Below, in pieces: positions 24,650 to 36,600 of a DNA stretch of 60,000 nt. Both the position numbers and the translations under genes were made by a program. The stretch comes from Mobula hypostoma (taxonomy: Eukaryota), in the NCBI RefSeq assembly GCF_963921235.1, contig NC_086108.1:82152001-82212000 (forward strand). The letters run 5' to 3'. The notes below the pieces were generated by a model, which was not told the origin of the DNA, ran no database searches, and saw only the letters and a program-made list of their open reading frames with translations. Position 1 is the stretch's first letter, and each line of letters opens with the position of its first letter.

Positions 24650-27600
24650 CTAAAACTCTTATGCTCTGTCTGTGACCTCCAATTAGCGCAAACGGTGCAT
24701 TACAGCAGCACTTTTTTTTGGCTAAATCCAATTTAAATGCGCTAACTTACAGAATGCAGGCAAAGTTCAGGGTTATATATTCACATAAAATTGCTCATTC
24801 GCCAAAAATCAACAGGCTGGCTTTCACCCAAGATCCGATTGGCCATCATGGAAATCGGGACGCGACAGCCTGACGCATGCGCACGGCCAGCCTCAGCAGC
24901 GATACCTACCGGAGCAAAAGGGCAGGGCAGCTCTATTTCAAGGGGTTACATTCTGCTAATCATCATCAGCATGTGCAGGATTGGGATAGATCTAACTGCC
25001 ACCCATCAATAAGAGATAATTAAATCTTATTATAATGACGTACTTCGAGACACCCATAAAACCTTTTGCTGCAGTCAAAAGACAGCGGTGACTATATCAC
25101 GTCCATTCAGGAGAGCGCCAACCACTTCATCAAGAATAATCAGCATCCTTTGACGTTAGTGCTTCATATCTTCTATCCAGCATTAGGGTAAAAAATAATG
25201 GTCAGCCTAATTATGCCATGTGGAAAGGGAAGGGGGACATTATGGGCAAGAGATGACGCCAAACGTCGTCGGGAAGTGGCAAGGAGAGGGAGAGAACGAG
25301 AATCAAATGAGGCTGGGGACGCACAACTCCAGAATCAAAGAGTCAGGACAAAACAGATGACAGAAGAGACAGAGGAGGAGAGGCATGCATGTCTCCAGGA
25401 TCAGAGACAAACAACAAACAGCAGAAGAGCTGAAGAGATGGGGGATGCAAGGGCTGCACATCTCCAAAATGACAAAAACAGGCACAGGAGGAGGAGAGAG
25501 GAAGAGACAAAGCGGCTGAGAAATGCATGTCTCCAGGATCAAAGACAAAGAACAAACAGCAGAAGAGATGAAGAGACGGGGGATGAAAGGACTGCACGTC
25601 TCCAGAATGACAATGAGAGGCACGAGGGTGGCAGATAAACCAGAAATGATGCTATCAAAAGTGTCCTTCATTAAATGAGGAGGAGCTATATTTGCTTTGC
25701 TATGCGTTGTTCTTCTTTAATAAACTAAGGTTTTCTACTTCAGTTTCCAAAGCAAAGCAATACCAAAAGCACTCAGGAAAATTTAATGTTTATTTTGGTC
25801 ACATCAGACTGCACTACCCTTCTCTCAAAGGGTGCCCCAAGAGGTCACCCCGTTGTCTAGTATTTACTATAATACAGTTTTTCTGTTATTATGTATTGCA
25901 GTGTACTGCTGCCACAAAGACAACAAATTTCATGACATTTACTTGTGATATTAATAATCTAGCAATAAGCAGAAATTATCTTCTGATTCAATGTAACTGT
26001 TTTTCCCAACTAACTCCCACCCTAGGCCTCCATACCATGTTCCATTGTTCAACTCCTAAAAGCCCATAAGGCGTTCTTCTTAAATTCTAACTGAAATGAA
26101 AGCTTTATCTGACATTATATAATTTTGCAAGCTGGCACCCCCAGCATTTCAGTAATCTCTCAATACAGTCTTTATTCTCCAGTAACACACAAAATAATGG
26201 AGGAAGTCAGCAGGTAAGGCAGCACCGATAGAGGGAAATGCACAGTTAACGTTTCGGGCCAGTCCTTGCGAAGAGCTGAACCAGAATTGTCACTGACCAC
26301 TTCCTTCTATTGATGCTGCACTTAACCAGAAATCAAAAGTCAAAAAAGTTGCCTCCAGTTTTTGTTAGGTGCTTATCCCTGTTTTTAATTTCAAAATAGA
26401 ATAAACAAAAGTCAGTTGAAAATCATAAAAAAGGTTACTTACTAAGAACTTCTCTCTTAATTTTTGTTCTTTATAAAATAACTGTGGTGTTTGAGTAAAG
26501 CGGTCTACTTCACATTCCCTTGTCCATCCTGGCCCTGATGATTTTTCAGCAATAGACTTAGCACTGAAGTCTCCTGTGTCCACATTATAGTATCCAGGCC
26601 CTAACCTTTCCTAAAAGACAATTTCATTATTAGCAACTTGCACAAAAACAATATATATGTGCTCTAACATAGGATGCAGACAAAATTTGTTACTGATCTT
26701 GGCTGTGCTCTGGAGCTGTCATGCTTGATAGAATTCTCTCTGCCACTCTTCTCACTGTGGGAATTGTCAAAGAGCAAGTCAACACACATTACATGGATCC
26801 ATCCCTTAGCATAAGTGCATATAAGATAGGATTTGGTCCAAATCTTAGGCAATTTCATTCATTTCTCATTGTTGAAACCTCAGAGTTATGAAATCTCTCA
26901 GCACTTAGATAGCGAGTTTCTCCGATATTTATTCAGTGAAAATAGACTATTTCATATCTTCCCAGATCTGCTAGGTCATTGCCTGTTCATTTAACTACCT
27001 ACCTCAATCTGTAGCCTCTTCTTTCCTGTCTTTTGTGTTATCAACTATTTGCAACACTGTACTACATTATTTGACACAACTTGCCAACCCTGGCTGGCTG
27101 AGAGAAAACAATATCCACCCCACAGCAATATGTTGCTTCTTGCACAATGAGCTTTCATTTATCACCTTCAGCTTTGGGGCAGATCCTTATCAAATATCCA
27201 GGAGGTCCAACTGGTTCTCTTTATTCATAACACATTACCTGTTGAAAGAACTCCAATAAATTGGTCATACACGATTTTCCTTTCACAATGACTTTGCCTA
27301 ATTACCTTGAATTTTTCTGTACCCTGTTATATTGTTCTTAACCATAGTCTCTAGTAGTTTCCACTTGACATCTTAATAGGCCCATAGTTTCCTGCTTCCG
27401 TCTCTCCCAATTTTGAATCCACTTAATACTATCCCAATCCAAAGAAACCTTCCCAAATCTAGGGAATTTTGGAAAATTAAAACCAATGGATCAAAGATCT
27501 CAGTTAATTCTTTTAAGATCCCAACATACAGTCCATCAGGATCCAAAGAATTATCAACCCACAGCATCAACAATTTTCCTGATTGTTGATCTATATTCCT

Positions 27601-30600
27601 GATAACTAATTTTCCTGGGTTCCTGCTTTTTTTCCAGTTCCCAATTTATAACTGTTTCTTTGATGTTACTTACAGTGAAGAATAGTGTAAAATATCTATT
27701 TAATTCATCTCTCATTGCCTTGTCTCAGTGAGATGTTTCACTGCTACCTTCTCAGAGGCTAGGGAGGAAGGGCAATAAATACTGGCCTAGTTAGTGGTGT
27801 CCTCATCTTGTAAGAGAGAGATAAAGGAAATGTATTATAAGCTTTAAGACTTGCTCAAAAATAACTGAGGGCTTTTCATTTAAATTTTTTCTTAATTTCA
27901 TTTTGCAAATAGTTTTTTTTTATTTTTAAGAGCTTCACTGAAAATACTGATAAATGCTGTTAATTAGCTTGCCTGCTGATAATGTTTGTTACTGTGCAAA
28001 AGGCCATCAGTTTATATTTGAACAAAACTCTGATATTTCCCTTTGGTGTAGTCAGTTGTACCTTTGTGTCTGCTTTCTTCTTACAAGACACTGCTAAGGT
28101 ATAGAATTTACCTATTAATGAATGCAAGAAAATGAATCTCAGAGTAGCATAAGGTGACATATACTGTATGCACTTTGATAATAGATTTACTTTGAACCTT
28201 GAAATACGCAAAATAATTACTGTTCAGACTGAATATCCAGCCATATGTGCTTCTGCGTCTCTACCGACCAATAATCCAATTATGATACCACTTCAGCTCA
28301 CCTGTTCTTCAGTTGCCCTCCTGTCATAAGGCAGTTCAGTAAAAGAACCTTGCTTCTTTTTGTCTGGATGAACATCAAACCTGAAACAGCATCACAAAAA
28401 CAACATAGTCTTGCCTTGTCAGATATACAAAAGACAACGATGTTGATGCAGAATGAATCAATCGGGCTAATTAAATATTCAGATTCTACCAGATCATGTT
28501 TATTTGTACAGGGTGGCATGGTAGTTGTAAGGTGTAAAGTCGGGGTTCAATTCCTGCCACCGTTTGTACAAAGTTTGTAAGTTCTGTCGAAGACCATGTG
28601 GGTTTCCCCTGGATACTCCCGTTTCCTTTCCCATTCCAAAGGTGTACAGATTAGTAAGATGTGATCATGCTGTGTTGGCCTAGAAACCCTGGTGACACAT
28701 ACAGGCTTCCCCCAGCACATCTCTGATGCAAGCAACACATTTCACTATATGCTTTGATGTCCGTTTGTATATGTAACAAATCAAGCTATTTTTTACTTTA
28801 AAGATGTAAAACATAGACAATAATATAGGTTTAAGTTTATTAGAATGAAATGTGAAAGACTCATAATGCACCTGAACTAAATTGCATCATGGTTTTTGCA
28901 ATCTGGGAATAAAACTTAAATTCATTCTAACAGTGAACATCATGATAAATTCCAATAACTAATCCCACCTCAGTTGTCTTCCACTATTAGAATTGTGTAG
29001 TGCAAAAAGCCATTCTTTCACTTCTGCAAATTAAGTTTAAAAAGGTGTCCCTCATCGGCGAAGGGTACGTTGAACTAGAGAATAATAATCTAACTGTAAA
29101 TTAGGGTGCTGGTATTTTCTGAAGAAAATCGAGTCAATATGTAAAGAATTAAAATTTAGCACTATTTCAATAATTTGTTTTTATGAAGATTATTTTTGAT
29201 TGAGAGAATCAGAGACAAACTTCTATATTTTTAATTAAGCTCCATTTCTCCTGGAGGATGATGGGAAATAAGGATAGGAAGTGTCTAGTTGTGACACTTG
29301 ACAGAACCAATGGACCAGCTGGTCTTTGTAATTCACTGATGTGCACTTATACATCATCTCTACTCTCTCTTAGAAGTGTTGTTTCCATTGCTAGGAAACA
29401 TATCCATGGGAGTTATTCATCTTCTGGTATTAGTTGGCAAGCCAGAAGTTCATAGAGCATGAAACTGAGCCACACCAACCATCAAGTTCCATTTACACTA
29501 TTCCACCTTCCTTCCCCCATACTCCCATTAGCTCTTCCAGATTCTGCCAGTAACCTACACACTAGGGGAAATTTATAGTGGTTAATTAACTTACAAACCT
29601 AAGCACCCAAGGGAAATACAAGCATTGCAGGGAGAACACGCAAACCCCAAACAAACAGCACTGTAGCTCTGGATTGGGCTGTGGGGTAGCAGCACTACTA
29701 GCTGCAATATTGTACATCTCTTACCTGGGTCTGAGCTCCCGCAGTGAGTGTTAGCAAGATCTTTGTCCTAGAGCTGTTAAGGAAGGCAGGCAGATTTGAA
29801 CCTATTAAATTCAACAAGATTAGCCCCGTACAGATTTAGCTGTGAGCTCATGAGTTTTCTGTTCTTTATGAATTAACTAAGTTATAGCCCAAATTTGCTG
29901 AGGTATTAGAATTGGAAAATTGTGTCTAAAACTGAATTGCATAGCAGCCAATATCAGTGGCTGAAGTTCCATCTCCTTCAAAGTAGATCACACAGTAGAT
30001 CAGCTCTGGATGAAAGCACACCAGTTATAAATTGGGCCGGTCACCTCTGTGTGCAGTTACATCAGCACACAACTGTTTCCTAGAGACCATGCACCCAGAG
30101 TAATGTCACTATTCCTCCACCACCAATTTCCATTTTCTTTGATGTAATTGGAACCCAAAGATACATTCTGTGACCAGCATGAAAGAGTCTCACACAGATA
30201 AGGAGCACATTGACTTAGTTGTTACGTTTCTCCCAAATGAACAAGACACTCTGTTGATACTAGGAGTCCTGACTGGGCAGCTTCAGAATTCAGTGTATCT
30301 TTTAGTAACACAGCAACCAAATGGAAACACTTCCAAAATCAAGCAAACACAGTCAGTGGCATCCTGTACCACCCCCTTACTGTTCACTGGCAGAAGGTTA
30401 TTTATTCTCTTCAAATAGAATGCCTCATTAATTTCAATTATACAATGAGAATTGAAAACTGCAATGTCTTTGTCTCCTGACAGGCTAAACCCCACACCCA
30501 TTTAAGCTTCACACACAAAAAATGCTGGTGAACGCAGCAGGCCAGGCAGCATCTATAGGAAGAGGGACAGTCGACATTTCGGGCCAGGACCCTTCGTCAG

Positions 30601-33600
30601 GACTAACTGAAAGAAGAGATAGCAAGATATTTGAAAGTAGGAGGGGGAGGGAGATCCAAAATGGTAGGAGAAGACAGGAGGGGAGGGGTGGATCTGAGAG
30701 CTGGAAAGTTGATCGGCAAAAGGGATACCAGACTGGAGAAGGGAGAGGATCATGGGACAGGAAGCCTGGGAGATTTAACTTTATTGCCTTGGTTAATTTG
30801 ATGGCCATTGGCAATGCAATTCTCGCCCTGTTCTCAGGTTCCAACTAGGGCATCGGCACGTCTCTAATATATTGGCCGTCACAAAAATCAGTTAGGAAAA
30901 TATCTCTAAATTCCCAGCGTGAATATTTGTGGTAAACCATATATATATGTTGTAACTGGGTTACCTGTCTGGACACGCCCCTCTGCTGACTGCCCCTGTG
31001 GCTCCTCCACTTAGTCCAGGGGCAGACGTTCAGCATGGAGGTCATTTTACTGCGAATAAAAGCCTTTCAGTATTTACTCTACTTCCAGTCTTTTGAAGTT
31101 ATTGATGGTGCATCAATTTTATTTGCAGTAATTTTAAAGCATGGAACGTGCCCTGACACCCGAAAAGTTAGACCTTGACCCGCAAACACCTGAAGCTGGA
31201 AACGCTTTCGAATTCTGGTTGGTTTGCTTCGAATCATACCTAGAAGCGATGGAAGTGACCAATTTCACAGCGAAGCGCAGAGTTCTACTCTCCAGGGTCA
31301 GTCCATGGGTCTACTCGATGATCAGAGACCAGCCGAGCTACGATGGCATGATGAGTGCCCTCAAAGGACAATACCTGCGGCCAATAAACAGCGTCTATAC
31401 TCGGCACTGCTTAGCGACATGGCAACAGTGGCCCGGGGAATCGAGTGCTGAGTTTGGCTGGGCACTACAGACGCTTGTGTGGACCTGCGGCTTCCAGGGG
31501 CTGACGACAGAACAGCATGCGGAGCTCCTAGTGAGAGATGCCTTCGTCACGGGGACCAGGTCAGTGTATGCGCGCCAGTGGCTGCTGGAACAAGCTGATC
31601 TTACCTTACGTTCGGCAACTGAGCTGGCCGACACGCTGGAGGCTGCTCTGCACAACTCTAAGGCTCTCCAGGCACGCAATCCCCTGATGGCCTCGTGGGC
31701 GCCGCAGACCCCGCAACCTGCCGGCAAATCGACCTCGGCTGCTGCCAGTCGCGAGTCCGCGAAGTGCTACTTCTGCGGACTCGAGAAGCACCCCCGGAAA
31801 CGCTGCCCGGCCTGTGAAGCTACCTGCTCCAGCTGCGGAAAGAAGGGCCACTTCGCCAAGGTCTGTAAGTCCAAACCGCGAGCAGGATCGAGCAGCACCA
31901 CGTGTGAGACATGGCGGGCGGCCATCTTGGTCGGCGCTACCTCCCACTGCCTACGACCAACGGGTGCTCACAGGGCACCCCACCGCACTGGACCAAGACA
32001 GCGACTCAACCCTGGCCTCCGTGACCCTCAACCAAAGCGCTCCCCACCAGCTCGCAAGGTCAATGATGGACATCCTGGTGGAGGGGCGCAGGACAAGCTG
32101 CCTGTTTGACACAGGCAGCACGGAGAGTTTTATCCACCCGGACACGGTGCAGCATTGTGGACTCATGATACAGCCGGTAAGTCAGAGGGTTGCCATGGTT
32201 TCCAGGTCACATACAACAGACATCCGGGGGGGGTTGTGTAGCGACACTAGTGGTGCAGGGCACAGAATATCGAGACTTTACGTTACTGGTCATGCCTCAA
32301 CTGTGTGCCCCCTGTGCTATTGGGGCTCAACTTCCAGAGCTACCTGAAAAGCGTGACAATGGAGTATGATGGGCCCCTCCCACAAATCACTGTCGTAAAT
32401 CCCCAGTTTTGTAGTTATACGTCACATACCCCGCTACTGACCACCCACACACACCGACCTGCATATCCCACCCAACACCATGCCAACTGCCGCACTACCG
32501 ACACCACTTGCGGCCTCTCCACCCTCAAGATCCCTCCCCTACCGCTGTTCGCCAACCTGACCCCCGACTGTAAACCTGTGGCAACTAAAAGCAGGAGGTA
32601 CAGCGCGGGTGACAGAGCTTTCATTAAGTCGGAGGTGCAGCGGCTGCTCAGGGAGGGGGTCATTGAGGGAAGCACAAGTCCTTGGAGGGCGCAGGTGGTC
32701 GTTGTTCGGAACGGGGAAAAAAAATAGGATAGTCGTGGACTATAGTCAGACTATCAATAGGTTCACGCAGCTCGACGCGTACCCTCTACCCCGCATCGCG
32801 GATATGGTCAATCAGATAGCACAGTACAAGGTGTATTCGACCATAGACCTAAAACCCGCTTACCATCAGCTCCCCATCCACCGGGAGGACCGCCCTTACA
32901 CTGCCTTCGAGGCGGATGGCAGGCTTTATCAATTCCTGCGCGTCCCCTTTGGTGTCATGAATGGTGTATCTGTCTTCCAGAGGGCAATGGACCAGATGGT
33001 GGACCAGTGCCAACTGAAGGCCACGTTCCCATATCTGGATAACATCACCATCTGCAGTCATGACCGGCAGGATCACAACAACAACCTCCAAATATTTCTC
33101 CAAGCGGCCAAAGCTTTCAATCTCACCTATAACAAGGACAAATCTGTGTTTGGAACCACCCGACTTGCTATCCTTGGCTGTGTCGGGGAGAACGGAGTCA
33201 TTGGCCCTGACCCCGACCGTATGCGCCCCCTGTTGGAACTCCCTCTTTCCAACACCCTCAGAGCCCTCAACAGGTGCCTGGGCTTCTTTTCATATTACGC
33301 CCAATGGGTCCCAAACTACGCAGACAAGGCCTGCACCCAGTCAAGTCCACCACATTCCCCCTCTCAGCCAAGCCCCACGCAGCCTTCAGCCGCATAAAAG
33401 GGGACATTGCCAAAGCAGTAATGCATGCAGTGGATGAGGCCATTCCCTTCCAAGTAGAGAGTGACGCCTCCGACTTCGCACTGGCTGCTACCCTCAACCA
33501 GGCGGGAAGACCAGTGGCGTTCTTCTCCCGTACTCTTCAAGGCCCTGAAATTCTGCACTCTGCAGTGGAGAAAGATGTCTAGACCATAGTGGAAGCTATT

Positions 33601-36600
33601 TGGCACTAGAGGCACTATCTCGCCGGCAGAAAGTTCACCCTGCTGACAGACCAGCGTTCAGTCGCATTCATGTTTAGTAACCAACAGCGGGGCAAAGTCA
33701 AAAATGATAAAATTCTGAGGTGGAGAATCGAACTCTCCACCTACAACTATGACATCATGTACAGGTCTGGGAAGCTCAACGAGCCCTCCGATGACCTATC
33801 CCGGGGAACATGCGCCTGCGCGCAAATCGACCAGCTATACACCCTACATGTAGATCTTTGCCACCCGGGGGTCACCCGGCTTTTCCACTTCCTGAAAGCC
33901 CGGAACCTGCCTTACTCCCTTGAGATCAGGACGATGACCAGGGACTGCCAAGTCTGCGCAGAGTGCAAACCACACTTCTACCGACCCGAAAAGGCACAAC
34001 TCATCAAGGCCGCCCGCCCCTTTGAGCGACTGAGTGTCAACTTTAAGGGCCCCCTGCCCTCCACTAACCGCATTGTGTACTTTCTTAACGTTATCGACGA
34101 GTACTCACGGTTCCCCTTCGCCATCCCCTGCCCCGACACCACTACCACGTCAGTTATAAAAGCCCTGCGCAAGCTCTTCACTCCGTTCGGATACCTATGC
34201 TATATCCACAGTGACAGAGGGTCCTCGTTTATGAGTGACGAGCTGCGCCAATACCTGCTGGCTAGGGGAACTGCAACTAGTAGGACCACAAGCTATAATC
34301 CCCGGGGGAATGGCATGGTGTGGAAGGCCACACTCTTAGCCCTCAGGTCAAAGGGACTGCTGGTCTCCTGCTGGCAGGAGGTCCTTCCCGAGGCCCTCCA
34401 CTCCATCCGCTCCGTTATGCACATCCACCAATGCCACCCCTCATGAGCGACTCTTTTCTTTTCCCAGAAATTCGACCACTGGGACCACCCTACCAACTTG
34501 GCTGACGTCCCCGAGGCCAGTGCTGCTCCGGAAACATGTGAGGAGCAATAAATACTCCCCAATGGTCGAGAGGGTTCACTTACTTCATGCGAACCCCACG
34601 TATGCCTATGTGGTTTTACCTGATGGGCGGGAGGACACGGTCTCCATCCACGACCTGGTGCCTGCAGGAGCACCGGGCCCCTACCCTGAACACTCCATGG
34701 TGACTATTAACCCCATATCCGCCGATATATATACCCACGAGACACCGCACACTCCAAGCCCTACACAGACACCACACGACTCTCCCATACCGGGCGCAAT
34801 GCACATGCACAAGGGATTAACAACGCCTAACGTGCTGGCACCTCAAGTCAGGCTGGAGCCAGCACAACCACCGTTGCTGGTGCAATCACCACCGGTGCTA
34901 CGTAGATCACAGCGACGGACTCGACCTCCTGATAGACTTGACCTGTAAATATACTTGTTTTAAATATTGTCAGTCACTTCACCCCGCAGGGCTCTTTTTA
35001 AAAAAAGGAGGGGTGAGTGTGGTATACAATATATGTTGTAACTGGGTTACCTGTCTGGACACGCCCCTCCGCTGACTGCTCCTGTGGCTCCTCCCACAGA
35101 CCCCTGAATAAAGGCGATTGGGCCTTGGCTCCTCCTCTCAGTCCAGGGGCAGACACTCAGCATGCTGGAGGTCACATTTTACTGCGAATAAAAGCCTTTC
35201 AGAATTTACTCTACTTCCAGTCTTTTGGAGTTATTGATGGTGGATCAATATTATCCCCGGATGAGAGTCTTTATCCCTTCAGTACACCCTCCTTTTTCAA
35301 TTTACTTCCTCTCATTCTTCTAGAAATGTTGTATTGGATGGAGAATATCTACTAATGAAGGGGAGGAGATGGCGGTGTGATGCAGCGCGCAACGGCCTCT
35401 CCGGTGATGAATATCTGTTATCTGTCAAGTAGGGTGCCATACACAATTCTGATTGGATGGAGACAGAAGTGAGAGCACGGAGGAACATCTGGTGAAACTT
35501 CTGAAATGCCTGTTTCGCTGCCGCTGCTACTGTGTGATCTGAAATCTCTGGAGGGGAAAGCCCCGAGTCCTCGGCTTTGCTTGTTGCTCGGGGGCTGGGG
35601 CAGGGTCGAAGCGCTCGGCAGAGATGGTGCTCAGTGTGTGGTGTCGGAGGGCTGGACGGAGGCTCAAAGTTTTCGCACGGACTCAGAGTCGGCTGTGGTC
35701 GGGTGCTTCCAGGATGCTGCATCGGCAAGTTTGCAGCGCTGGAAGCTCATGGCAGGAAGAGTTTCTCCCTTCTACCATCTGCGTGAGATGTTAGGGCTAT
35801 CAGGACTTTGAGACTTTTTTTTTTACTGTGCCCATGGTCTGCTCTGATCAAATTACGGTATTGCTTTGCCCTGTTGTAACTATATGTTATAATTATGTGG
35901 CTTTTGTCAGTTTTAGTCTTGGTCTGTCCTGTGTTTCTGTGATATCACACTGGAGGAACATTGTATCATTTCTTAATGCACGCATTTCTGACTGAGTGTC
36001 CACATAATCTAATGGATCTATGATTGGGAACAACTGGTTGATGCAAAGGCCATGGAATTAGAACAAAATATTTTGTACAATCACAACACTCCCTGATGCA
36101 AGTAGAATGAATCAAAAACTTGCTGAAAAGTACATCAGCCTGAAGAAAACAATTATCAAATGACCTGTAGATCATTGATGATCTCTTTAAATTACATTGG
36201 TGTGGGACGGGCCTTCAGCAGTGCAACATTAAAATTGGTGCATAGAGCCCGAGCAGTGTTTGCACACTGATTTGCCTGCAACATTGTGCAACCAGTCCAC
36301 AACTCATGGACAACAAAACGCAGAACATACATGACAAAATGTTTTTGTTCTACTGAATGAATCTCAGGGTAGTATATGGTGACATATACTGTACATACTT
36401 TGATAATAAATTTACTTTGAACTTTGATTATTAATGTAATAGAGCTGGGCTAGATACCTCTTAAATATTGTACTGACTGAAAACCTCCAGATTCATGAGC
36501 AAAACTTGAAAATTTCTGGACTCCCTATTGATACCAAATTCCATTTTAAAAGCACACTAGATTCAAGATAAGTATGAGTTATTGCTAGATTATTATATAA

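Larger units (their letters stand above)
30928..35247 (+). mobile_element. Full-length decayed Ty3/Gypsy LTR retrotransposon (Mag-like gag), antisense within CIMAP2 intron 1
   Basis: LTRs 30928-31115 and 35018-35247 with TG...CA ends; ATATT TSD at 30923-30927 and 35248-35252; polypurine tract AAAAAAGGAGGGGTGAG before the 3' LTR; gag-PR-RT-RH-IN domain order. Confidence 0.97.
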
